From assembly GCF_963921235.1 (NCBI RefSeq), contig NC_086097.1:243848001-243912000 (forward strand): a stretch of DNA of 64,000 nt. Reading direction: 5' to 3'. Positions within the stretch are counted from its first letter, which is position 1. Each line of letters starts with the position of its first letter. Under the pieces are notes generated by a model. It was not told the DNA's origin and did no database searches. It was given only the letters and a program-made list of their open reading frames with translations. The position numbers were made by a program, and so were the translations under genes. Positions 22,633 to 35,068 of the stretch are shown here, piece by piece. Source of the stretch: Mobula hypostoma (lineage: Eukaryota).

Positions 22633-25342
22633 ACGGTGTATCGGAAAGATAGGTTAGTCGGCAGAGGGGCTGGTGTGGCCCTGTGTATAAGAAATAATAT
22701 TAAATCATTGGAAAGGGATGACATAGGATTGGAAGGTGTAGAGTTTCTATGGGTTGAGTTAAGAAATGACAGGGGTAAAAGGACCCTAATGGCAGTTGTA
22801 TACAGGCTTCCAAACAGCAACCGGGATGTGGATTACAAATTACAGCAGGAGATAGAAAAGGCGTGTCAGAAGGGCAATGTCATGATAATCATTGGGGATT
22901 TTAACATGAAAGTGGATTGGAAAAACCAGGCCAGTACTGGACGTCAAGAGAGAGAATTTGTAGAATGTCTAAGGGATGACTTTTTAGAACAGCTTGTTGT
23001 TGAGCTCACTAGGGGATCAGCTGTGCGTGATTGGGTGTTGTGCAATGATCCAGAGGTGATAAGAGAGCTTCAGGTTAAGGAACCCTTAGGGAACAGTGAT
23101 CACTATATGATCGAGTTCACTTTGAAATTTGAGAAGGAGAAACTAAATTCCAATGTATTGTATTTCAGTGGAATAAAGGAAATTACAATGGCATGAGAGG
23201 GAAACTGGCCAAGGTTGAAAGGGACACTAGCAGGAAGGACAGCAGAGCAGCAATGGCTGGAGTTTCTGCGAAAAATGAGGGAAGTGCAAGACAGATATAT
23301 TCCAAATAAGAGGAAATTTTCAAATGGAAGAAGGACACTATTGTATCTGACAAGTGAAGTCAGAGCCCAAGTAAAAGCAAAACAGAGGGCATACAGGGAA
23401 GCCAAAGCTGGTAGGAAGATAGAGGATTGGAAAGCTGTTAAAAACTTGCTGAAGGAACCAAAGAAGGTCTTTAGGAAAGAAAGGATGAATTATGAAAGGA
23501 ATTAATAATATCAAAGAAGATACTAAAAGCTTTTTATTAAGTATATAGAAGGTAAAAGAGAGTTGAGGGTAGATGGAGGACCAAAAGAAAATTGCACTGA
23601 AGGTATTGTAATGAGAGATGCAGAGATGGCAGAAGAACTGAATGTGTATTTTGCATCAGTCTTCACAGTGGAAGACATCTGCAGTATACCAGAGATTCAA
23701 GATTGTCAGGGAAGTGAAGTACGTGCAGTGAAAATTTCAACTCAGGAAGCTCAGGAAGCTTAATGGTCTGAGAACGGATAATCTCCTGGACCTGATAGAA
23801 TGCACCCTCGGGTTCTGAAGGAAGTAGCTGGAGAGATTGCGGAGATGTTAACAATGATCTTTCAAGAATTGATAGATTCTGGCATTGTACCAGAAGACTG
23901 GAGAATTGCAAATGTTACTCCGCTATTTAAGAAGGGTGGGAGGCAGCAGAAAGGAAACTATGGACCTGTTAGCCTGACATCAGTGGTTGGGAAGTTGTTG
24001 GAATCGATTTTGTTAGGGATGAGATTACGGAGTACCTGGAGGCACGTGACAAGATAGGCCAAAGCCAGCATGGTTTCCTGAATACAGCAATTCTTTGAGG
24101 AAATTACAAGCAGGGTAGACAAAGGAGATGCAGTAGACGTGGTGTACTTGGATTTTCAGAATGCCTTTGACAAGGTGCCGCACATGAGGCTGCTTAGCAA
24201 GATAGGAGCCCATGGAATGACAGGGAAGTTACTAGCATGGGTGGAGCATTGGCTGATCAGCAGAAAACAGAGAGTGGGAATAAAGGGATCCTATACTGGC
24301 TGACAGCCGGTTACCAGTGGAGTTCCACAGGTGTTGGTGTTGGGACCACTGCTTTTTACGATGTATGTCAATGACTTGGACTATGGGATTAATGAATTTG
24401 TGGGTAATTTTGCCAAATATACAAAGATAGTTGGAGGAGCGGGTAGTGTTGAGGAAACAGAGAGCCTGCAGAGAGACTTAAGGAGTTTAGAGGAATGGAC
24501 AAAGAAGTGGAAAATGAAATACAATGTTGGAAAGTGTATGGTCAGGTGATTTGGTAGAAGAAATAAACAGGCAGACTATTATTTAGATGGGGAGAGAATT
24601 CAAAATGCAGAGATGCAAAGGGACTTGGGAGTCCTTGTGCAAGGTACCTTAAATGTTAGCCTCCAGGTTGAGTCGGTTGTGAAGAAGGCAAATGCAATGT
24701 TGGCATTCATTTCTGGAGGTATAGAATATAAGAGCAGGGATGTGATGTTGAAGCTCTACAAGGCTCTCGTGAGACCACACTTGGAGTATTGTGTGCAGTT
24801 TTGGGCTCCTTATTTTAGAAAGGATATACTGACATTGGAGAGAGTTCAGAGAAGATTCAGGAGAATGATTCCAGGAATGAAAGGGTTACCGTATGAGAAA
24901 CGTCTGGCAGCTCTTGGGCTGTATTCCCTGGAGTTCAGGAGAATGAGGGGGGATTTCATAGAAACATTCCGAATGTTAAGAGGCCTGAACAGATTAGATA
25001 TGGCAAAGTTATTTCCCATGATAGGGAAGTCTAGGAGAAGAGGGCATGACTTTAGAATTGAAGGACTTTCATTTGGAACAGAGATGCGGAGAAACTATTT
25101 TAGTCAGAGGGTGGTAAATCTGTGGAATTTATTGCCACAAGCGGCTGTGGAGGTCAAGTTACTGGGTGTATTTAAGGCAGAGATAGATAAGTTCTTGATT
25201 AACCAGGGCATTGAAGGGTATGGGGAGAAGAGCAAGGAGTGGGGATGATTGAAGAATTGGATCAGCCCATGATTGAGTGGAGGAGCAGACTCAATGGGCC
25301 GAATGGCCTACTTCTGCTCCTATATCTTATGGTCTTATGGTC
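22633..25342 (+). mobile_element. CR1 LINE, ORF2 EN plus RT with multiple frameshifts
   Basis: YRKDR..GRG.GVAL, GDFN, SDH, PVSLTSVVGK, LVRPHLEYC; (cttatggt)n tail. Confidence 0.95.
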
Positions 25343-26016
25343 GGGCAAGATTTCCCTTTTACGGAATCCATGCTGACTTCAGCCTATTTTATCATTTGCT
25401 TTCTAGTACCTCAAAGCCTCATCCTTAACAATGGACTCCAACATCTTCCCAACCACTGAAGTCAGGGCAACAGGCCTATAATTTCTTGTCTTTTACCTCT
25501 GTCCCTTCTTATAGATTGCAATAACATTTGCAAATTTCCCATCCTCCAGAACTATTCCAGAATCTCATGATCCTTGAAAAGATCATTACTAATGCCTCAA
25601 CAATCTCACCACCTACCTCTTTCAGAACCTGGGGATGTTGTCCATTTGGTCCAGGTAAATTATCTACCTTTTGACCTTTTATCATTTCAAGCACCTTCTC
25701 CTTGTTAATAGCATCTACGCTCATCTCTGCCCCCTTACACTTTCGAATCTTTGGCATACGGCTGGTATCTTCCCCAGTGAAGACTGTTGCAAAATATTAA
25801 TTAAGTTAGTCTGCTATTTCTTTGTCCCCTATTACCATTTCTACAGCATCATTTTCCAGCAGTCCAATATCTATTCTTACCTTTCTTTTAATCTTTATGC
25901 ATCTGGAATTTTTTGGTACGCTCTTTTATATTACTGGTGAGCTTCCCTGCATATTTCATGTTAGATTGAATAACCCTGGATATTTATGGGCGATTTAAAT
26001 TCCACCATTTCCTACA

Positions 26017-27840
26017 GTGACATGCTGTGCGTTCAGAGATGCTCTTCTGCACAATGGTGTTGTGATGTGTGGACGTTTGACTTACTGTCATCTTCCTGTC
26101 AGCTTGAAGCAGTCTGGATATCCTCCTCTGACCTTTCTCATTAACAAGGCATTTTTACCAAGACAGCTGCTGCTCACCAGATTTTTTTTTGCACCATTCT
26201 CTGTAAACTCTAGAGACCGTTGTGCGTGAAAATCCCAGGAGACCAGCAGTTTCTGAGATACTCAAACCACAGCATCCGGCATCAACAATCATGCCATGGT
26301 CAAACTCATTTAGATCACATTTCTTCCCATTCTGATGTATGGTCTGAACAACAACCGAACCTTTAGACCATGTCTTTATATTTTTATGCATTGAGTTGCT
26401 GCCGCATGATTGGCTGTTTAGATACAATATTGTGAGAAAGTCTTAGGTATCTATATATATACAAGGTGCCTTTTGCACAGTAATGCAGTAATTTTATGTA
26501 TTGCACTGTACTGCTGCCGCAAAATAAACAACAGATTTCATTATTTATGTGAGTGATGATAAACCTGATTCTGATGTGGGTCTCTCTTGTGGACTGAGAG
26601 TGGGAAGAGGGCAGGGAGAGAGAAATCGTGGTAGGGAAAAGGGGAAGGGAGAGAGGAGGGAGCAGGAAGCACCAGAGAAGATTCTGTGATGATCAATAAA
26701 CCATTGTTCGGAATCAAATAATTTTGCCTGGTCTCTCAAACTGGGTGTGTCTGCGCCTGCGCCAACCCCTGTCCCTGGCACTCCTTCTCTGTCACTTGTC
26801 CCACATCCCTCCCACGGCACTCTACCCTCACCATTCCCAACCTCCTTTGCTCCTGCCAGATTTACAATTTCTGCTCCACGTTTACAAGTACAGTACTGTG
26901 CAAAATTCTTAGACACCTGTTACGTACCCCGTAACTGGGTTGCCAAACCAGCAGAAATGGATCACTCAGTTGGAGTCTGGAGTACTAGAACTAAGAAAGT
27001 TTTATTAAAGAAACAAGCAACACAGTAATCGAAAGGATAATAAATGCAACAGTTCAGTGATGATAAACACACATGTGCACAGAATTAAGATAACAGCATC
27101 AATCAAGCTCTATCGTTGTCTAGGGGTAAATGACCAAATTTCAAAGTGACTCAAAGTTCAGTCCAGTTTAGTAGTTTAGTTCACAGTAATCGTTGCCATG
27201 GCGATGGTCAACGTGGGGGGAGAGAGAGAGAGAGAGAACAGGAACAACTGATCATTCAGACACGGCTTCACTCACAGACCGGCGATTTTTGGGCGGGTCC
27301 TTGGTGATGTCACCTGAGGTCACCGACTGTGACCCCTCCTCCAGATGCGGTCGATCCTCTGCAGTGAACCCGGCACCCAGGCAAGGGCGGACACACACCG
27401 GGTTCCCGCTGATCGTACCTTTCCACCCTGGCCGTTGTCTGATACTTCCCACCGACTCGTGAGAAGCGTACCGCTTCCAGGGTCTCGTTACCTCGGGTGG
27501 CGTGTGTGTCCTGCCTTAGCAAACCGGTCCCTTTTTATCCCCCTGCTGGGGTATCGCCTGTCCATCACTTCAAACAGTTCAGGGTTCAAAAGGGGGAGCC
27601 GCTCCAAACAGCTCTCTCTCCCACGTCCCTTCATTACACATCTCCAGACGCTGCTCCATTGTTCCTTATCTCTCCTTCCCCTGAGGGCAGGTGGCAGACC
27701 ACTTGCTGATGTCACTGATGCTAACCCTGGCCAGCAAACATCTTAATTTTTATGTGTATTCTCGTCACACACCCAGCTATATATATGTGCCTAAGACTTT
27801 TGCACAGTACTGTATTTGCATTAATGAGCAAGTGTACACT
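26017..27840 (-). mobile_element. Tc1-like non-autonomous element hosting a composite MITE (26425-27812)
   Basis: Homologous to 3447-3991; split at a TA (agaTA | TAtttgcattaatgagc). Confidence 0.75.
26918..27769 (-). mobile_element. Solo LTR, 852 bp
   Basis: TGTTACG...CGTCACA ends, perfect 4-bp TSD cacc (26914-26917, 27770-27773), antisense AATAAA near 27001, CpG-rich. Confidence 0.88.
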
Positions 27841-29029
27841 ATCTATGAACTTTGAACTTTGTTAGGATGGGGATCAGCTTCTTCCAGACCATGAGTTGAC
27901 TGAACTCTCTGACACCACCAGGTCCCATCGTGTGGGAAGTCCAGTAGCATTTAATTTTTAATTTGTGTTATAAATGCACCTTATTATTGGTTAATTTATT
28001 TATGGTAATATTACTTTATGTGTTGTGTGTGAGTTATATGAACTGTGTTGTGCTCCCTAGTCTGGAAGAATGTTGTTTTGTTTGCCTATATACATGTGTA
28101 CAGTTGAATGAAAATGAACTTGTACTGTTAAGGTTTCTACAATTAACTGTATACTTTCTCCTTTCATTTGACCTCCCAAAGTGCAAAACAACACTCTTGC
28201 CCGGATGAAACTTCACTTGCCATTTATTTGTCCATATCTGTAACTGATCTATATTCTTTGATGGACCTTTATACTCTCCACAATTTACCAATCTCAAAGT
28301 CATCCGCAAACTTGCTAATCCATCCATCTACACTTTCATCCAAATCATTGATACACTGTATGTTACCGGTTCTGGAGAATAGAGGAGGTAACTGTTTCCA
28401 TTACAATACTTGTGAACTAGATTGATAAAAGTGCTTCCTCCATGTCATAAGAATATACGTTGAGTGTCTACTTTATTAGGTACAGGGCGAACCTAATAAA
28501 GTGGCCACTGACTGTATATTCATTATGTGAATGAATTGTTTCAAGACAGCTCCTAAACTGCAATATCTGTTGGGTTTGTGCCTCAGATTTAGTATTTTAG
28601 AGTTCCCAGAGATGGATTTTGGAAACTGCACAGGGTTTGGGGTCAGGTTAGGGTTCAGGAACAGAGATGAGGGGGGTGAAAGGTTAGGGGCGGTGAATGT
28701 AGAGTTGGGGGAGGAGCCAATTGTTCAATGTCATTTCCAGTACACAAGTGTAAAGGAGAACAGAAGAACTGTTACTCCAGACCTGATACAGCATAAAAAG
28801 AAACACAATAAGATAAAGAACACAATAATAATAACAAATTTAATAAATATAAATACATAGGATAGCTTATAGATATAGATTGATTTAATGCCCATAAAGG
28901 GACTCGAGCTATGACAGTGTCTGTACATAAGGAGACTCTGACAGGAAATGGTAAAGTAGTACAGATTGGGGGCATGTGGAGGAGTGGGTTAGTGGGTGGA
29001 GATGTTGATTAGCCTTGAGGAGGAGGAGG

Positions 29030-29413
29030 AGGTCTCTGTCAGTCAGAGTTGACCATGAATATTGCGTCCCAGCTGTCTAAATACTCAAGCCTGGGCAGTA
29101 TAATATGGAGAGTGGATATAGCCACAAAGCAGCAGAGGTTTGAGATCAGAGTTGTCCTTCTTCTAGATGAGCTGCCAACCACGGCTGACAAACCCCATCT
29201 GTCCGAAGCAACTGGTTTTAAAGCACCAGTAACCCACCCTTGCCCCTTCTGTCAGTAGAAATGGTTCCGCCGGGCTTAGTAGCTAAGCCACACGTGAAGG
29301 CCAGGAACTGGACTTGGTTGTCAGAGGCTATTTGAGGTACACATCACTGGGAGCATGTAATAGGTAGAGGTAACTGGTACCATCCCATTACCACTCCCAG
29401 CAATAACAGCCTT
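29030..29413 (-). mobile_element. RTE-derived non-autonomous element (family also at 58087-58674 and 62080-62620)
   Basis: Shared gggcttagtagctaagccacacgtgaaggccagga block. Confidence 0.65.
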
Positions 29414-30549
29414 GCAGAACCGTAAGGCCTAACTGCTTGGGGAAAGCAACCGTTTCCTTCTGTAATGCGTTCCTTGCCTGCAACGGAGGGGTGTCTGGAA
29501 ATAACAGACTATTGAACAGAGTTTTTTTTAAAGTGAATTCTTGATCTTTCAGTCTACATCATCGTAGCTCTAACATTCTGTTTGTTTGGCTGCACTGCAC
29601 TCTCTCTGTAACTGAAATACTTTGTTCCCTATTCTCTTTTCTGTTCACTATCCCAAAGTATTGTGCCAATATATGACATGATCTACCTGGATGGCGCACA
29701 AACAAGTTTTTAACTGTATCTTGGTGCACATGAAAATGATGCCACAAGTAGCAAGAAAAAATGGGGCTCCATGATCGCGTAGCCATTAACAATACACTAT
29801 CACAGCTCTTTGATGGCAGGGTGGAGACACATCTCTACCGAAGGAGGTGCAAGGAGCTACTTCTCTCCGCTTGTCTGCAGGTCACCCTCGGGCAAGGTGT
29901 AGCCCCTCCGATCAGGGTCACGTGAAGACATGGGAGCAGGTGGTGGATGGTCATATGAGCAACTGGTACATACTGTATCACAAGTCCTGGTTATGTGAGC
30001 ACTGATGCCAGGCAGACAATCTCTGAAGAGCGTTGATAATGGCTGGGCTCACCCATCTTGCAAAGACACTGCCCAGAAGAAGGCAATAGCAAACCAATTC
30101 TGTAGAAAAATTTACCAAGATCAATCAAGGTCATGGAAAGACCATGATCAGTCACATAGTACAACATGGCGCATAATGAAGGAATGAATTACAGCTCAGG
30201 GCATTGGAGTTTTGGAGTTTAATTCTGACACTGTCTGTAAGAAGTCTGTATGCCATTTCTGTGAGCATCTGGGTTTCTGCTGGGTGCTCTGGTTTCCTCC
30301 CGGACTGAAATAGACCGAATCATTTTCTTCTATGAAGTAGATTTTAGAGTTTTATTAACATGCTCCCAGTTTCACGCCACCTAAATGATTCCTCCCTGAT
30401 ATGTGCCTCAGATATGGTCTCCTTAGCATGGAATGCTGCCTTTGGTTTTCTGAAGGCCATGTGACATATTCAATATTACAGAAGAACGTAATTCCTAATA
30501 TGGAACCCACTAATCTCTATGTATTGTTATTTGAACGTGATAATGATGA

Positions 30550-31138
30550 TAGCATCCTTCTGTCTCAAAGGACAATGGAAACGTCAAGCCTGGGCATAAA
30601 GTATGGAGATCTTGGGATGCCTAGTTATCAAGATCCCTTTCTCGGCCTCACTGGTGTGGTCCAAAGGAAAGCTTACGAAGCAATATGTTTGGCACCAGCT
30701 TGGCTGCAGGAGCTGCCAAAAGGATGGTTAATGGCGTCCAGCCACCTCAGGGGCTTCACTCCGGGTTTTCTGCCTGGGTTTACTCCCGTAGCCTTCGTCT
30801 CTCCCAAGGCTGTGGGGCTATTTACCTATAACTGGGGATGTGGTTCACGAGCACCAGGGTGTGTGCACACACCAGTGTAGGCCTGCATGCTATGTGTGCG
30901 GGGGTCAGACCTCTCCCCATCCTCTGTAGTTCAGCCTGAGTCGGTGGGGTGTTCAGTTTCTGTGTGCCGCCAGCGAGGAGCCACTACATGAGGCTTGCTG
31001 TAGAGAGGCTGTGTACTGGCAGGGAGAGACTTATGCACTCACCTCTCCTTTTCACAAAGCTGCCGGCCAGCGGTGGAAGCTAAAAGCGAGAGTGAAAAGC
31101 ACTACCTTCTTACACTACTATACCAGACACAGCACATC
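30550..31138 (-). mobile_element. RTE-derived non-autonomous element with an HDV-like fold at its 5' end
   Basis: 3' half homologous to 7528-7815; 5' half contains TCCTCGCT-GGC-GGCACAC-AG-AAA-CTGA on minus. Confidence 0.6.
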
Positions 31139-31574
31139 AACTATTTGACACACTATTTGAACATAGAACTCAGAATACAATAACACAGTAAAGGCCCTTT
31201 GACCCATGATGAGTGGAACTCTTAATGCACTCTACGATCAACCTAATGCTTCTCTTCCACGCAACCCCCCAGCTTCCTTCCATTCATCCTAGCTAAGAGT
31301 TTCTAATGTATCTGCCACTACCACCTTCATTGGCAGGGTGTTCAATGCACTCACCCTCTCTGTGTCAAAAACCTACCTCTGACCATCCCCGCTATACCTT
31401 CCTCGAGGCCATGTCCTCTTCTCATTGCTACCATTAGGGAGGAGGTACAGGAGCCAGGAGACACGAACTCAGCATTTTAGGAAGAGCTTCCGGCCCTCCG
31501 TCATCAGAGTTTGGAATGGCCCATGTGCCCACAAGCACGGCCTTAACACCTTGCTCTCCTCTTGTGATACAGCA

Positions 31575-32785
31575 CAAGATCATAAGACAATGGAGCAGAA
31601 TTAGACCATTCAGCTCATCAAGTGTGCTCCACCATTCCATTATGGCAGATTTTTTATCCCTTTCAACCCCATTCTCCTGTCTTCTCCCCTTAACCATTGG
31701 CTACCTGACTAATTAAGAATCTATCAACCTCCGCTTTAAACATACTCAATGACTTGGCTCCACAGCCACCTCCAGCAACAAGTTCCACAGACCTTCCACC
31801 CTCTGGCTAAATAAATTCCTCCTCATCTCCGTTCTAAATGGATGCCCTTCTATTCTGAGGCTGTGCCCTCTGGTCCTAGACTCTCCCACTATAGGAAATA
31901 TCCTCTCCACATCCACTCTACTGAGGCCTTTCAACATTCAATAGATCTCAATCAGATTCTCAATGATTCTTCTAAATTCCAATGAGTAAAGGCCCAGAGC
32001 CATCAAACATGCCTCGTGCTAACCCCTTCATTCCTGGAATTATTCTCCTGAACCTCCATTCAACCCTCTCCAATGCCATCACATCTTTTCTTAGATAAGA
32101 AGGCCGAAACTGCTAACAATGCTGCGTGAAGCCTTACCTGTACTTTAGAAAGTCTCAGCATTACATCACTGATAATATGTTGTAGTCCTCTTGAAATGAA
32201 TGCTGACATCGCATTTCCCTTCCTCACCACCAACTCAACCTGTAAGGTAACCTTTAGGGAATCCTGCATGACAACTCTCAATTTCCTTTGCACTTCTGAT
32301 TTTTGGATGTTCTCTACGTTTAGAAAATGGTCTATGCCTTTATTTCTTCCAGCAAATTGCGTGACCGTACCCTTCCCTACACTGTATTCCATCTGAGACT
32401 ACATTGGCCATTCTCCAAACTAAGCCCTTCCGCAGATCCCTCCTTTCTCAACTCTACCTTCCCCTCCACCTATCTTTGTATCGTCTGCAAACCTGGCCAC
32501 AAAGCCACCAATTCAATCATCCAAATCACTGACATATAACATGAAAAGAGGTGGTCCCAACACCGACCCCTGTGGAATACCACTAGTCATCAGCAACCAA
32601 CCAGAAGAAAGCTCCCCTTATTCCCACTCTTTGCCTCCTACCAGTCAGACAATCTTCTATCCATGCCAATATCTTTCCTGCAGTACCATGGGCTCTTTCT
32701 TATCTTGTTTTGCAGCTTCATGTGGGGCACCTTATCAAAGGCCTTTTGAAAATCGGAGTATGCAACATCCACTGATTCTCCTAAG
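31575..32785 (-). mobile_element. Degenerate CR1 LINE 3' part
   Basis: RVDVERIFPIVGESRTRGHSLRIEG...RRN.FSQRV in ORF 31746-31937. Confidence 0.88.
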
Positions 32786-32944
32786 ATATTGAGTGAGTGC
32801 CTCCCCAACACTGATTTTGCATTTATTTCTTATTTTAACTTAGTTTTTAATGTATTGTGATGTACTGCCACTACAAAACAACAAATTTCATGACCTATGC
32901 CAGCAATAACAAACTTGATCCCGATTCCGGTGTTAACTGACTGT

Positions 32945-33352
32945 GATGATTTGGTAGATTAATCCATGGCTGGGAAGCAGGTGCAGGGGGCAGGGCTTCA
33001 GGTTCTTAAATCACTGGGATCTCTTCTGGGGGAGGTATGACCTGTTCAAAAAAGACGGGTTGCACCAGAACCCAAGGGGAACCAGTATTCTCCTGGGCAG
33101 ATACAGTCTGTTAGAGATGTTGGGGAGGGTTTAAACTAATTTGGCAAGGGGGTGGGAACCAGAGTGAAGGGATTCAGGATAGGGCAGATGATAAAAAAGT
33201 AAAGATAGCGTGCAGTCAGACTGTCAGGAAGGGCAGGCAGATGATAGGACATAATTCCAGCCAGCTGGGTGAGTATCAGTGCATTTGGTATGCAAAATCA
33301 AAAAGGGTAGCAAATACCTTACTCAAAGTGTTATATCTCAAAGCACAGAGTA
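32945..33352 (+). pseudogene. CR1 ORF1 SGNH-esterase C-terminus and start of ORF2
   Basis: Translates INPWLGSRCRGQGFRFLNHWDLFWGRYDLFKKDGLHQNPRGT (DxxH block V), then KVLYLKAQSI (endonuclease start). Confidence 0.8.
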
Positions 33353-35068
33353 TAGAAACATAGAAAAACTACAGCACAATACAAGCCCTTCAGCCCACAA
33401 GGTTGTGCCGAACATGTCCCTGCCTTAGAAATTACTAGGGTTACCCATAGCCCTCTATTTTTCTATGCTCCATGTACCTATCCAGGAGTCTCTTAAAAGA
33501 TCCTATCGTTTGCTCCTCCACCGCAGTCACCGGTAGCCCATTCCACGCACTCACCACTCTGTGTAAAAAAATTTACCCCTGACAACTCCTCTGTATCTGC
33601 TTCCAAGCACCTTAAAACTATGCCTTCTCGTGCTAGCCATTTCAGCCCTGGGAAAAAGCCTCTGACTATCCACACGATCAATGCCTCTCATCATCTTATA
33701 CACCTCTATCAGGTCACCTCTTGTCCTCCGTCGCTCCAAGGAGAAAAGGCCAAGTTCATTCAACCTGTCTTCATAAGACATGCTCCCCAATCCAGGCAAC
33801 ATCCTTGTAAATCTCCTCTGCACCCTTTCTATGGCTTCCACATCCTTCCTGTGGTGAGGTGACCAGAACGGAGCACGGTACTCCAAGTGGGGTCTGAGCA
33901 AGGTCCTATACAGCTGCAACATTACCTCTCAGCTCCTAAATTCAATTCCACCATTGATGAAGGCCAATACACCGTATGCCTTCTTAACCACAGAGTCAAC
34001 CTGTGCAGTTGCTTTGAGCGTTCTAGGGACTCGGACCCCAAGATCCCTCTGATCCTCCACACTGCCAAGAGTCTTACCATTAATACTATATTCTGCCATC
34101 ATATTTGACCTACCAAAATGAACCACTTCACACTTATCTGGGTTGAACTCCATCTGCCATTTCTCAGCCCAGTTTTGCATCCTATCAATGTCCTGCTGTA
34201 ACCTCTGACAACCCTGCACACTATCCACAACACTTCCAACCTCTGTGTTATCAGCAAACCTACTAAGCCATCCCTCCACTTCCTCATTCAGGTCATTTAT
34301 AAAAATCATGAAGAGTAAGGGTCCCAGAACAGAACCCTGAGGCACATCACTGGTCACCGACCTCCATGCAGAAAATGACCCATCTACAACCACTCTTTGC
34401 CTTCTGTGGGCAAGCCAGTTCTGGATCCACAAAGCAATGTCCTCTTGGATCCCATGCCTCCTTACTTTCTCAGTAAGCCTTGCATGGGGTACCTTATCAA
34501 ATGTCTTGCTGAAATTCATATACACTACATCTACTCTTTCTTCATCAATGTGTTTAGTCACATCCTCAAAAAATTCAATCAGGCTCGTAAGGCATGACCT
34601 GCCCTTGACAAAGCCATGCTGACTATTCCTCTCCAAATTATTATACCTCTCCAAATGTTCATAAATCCTGCCTCTCAGGATCTTCTCCATCAATTTACCA
34701 AACACTGAAGTAAGACTCACTGGTCTATAATTTCCTGGGCTATCTCTACTCCCTTTCTTGAATAAAGAAACAACATCCGCAACCCTCCAATCCTCCAGAA
34801 CCTCTCCTGTCCCCATTGATGATGCAAAGATCATCACCAGAGGCTCAGCAATCTCCTCCCTCGCCTCCCACAGTAGGTTGGAGTACATCTCACCTGGTCC
34901 TGGCGACTTATCCAACTTGATGCTTTCCAAAAGCTCGAGTACATCCTCTTTCTTAATATCTACATGCTCAAGCTTTCCAGTCTGCTGCAAGTCATCACTA
35001 CAATCACCAAGATTCTTATCCATAGTGAATACTGAAGTAAAGTATTCATTAAGTACCTCTGCTATTTC
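33353..35068 (-). mobile_element. CR1 LINE, third subfamily (also 38183-39140 and 47652-49143)
   Basis: ORFs 33929-35176 and 33551-33922 with RT motifs; atagaaacatagaaaa tail. Confidence 0.95.

Larger units (their letters stand above)
21330..25960 (-). mobile_element. Older CR1 LINE split by younger insertions (22088-22222 and 22633-25342)
   Basis: Antisense ORF2 is collinear across aacagatttgtc | gggcaagatttccc; (accataag) tail at 21330. Confidence 0.85.
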
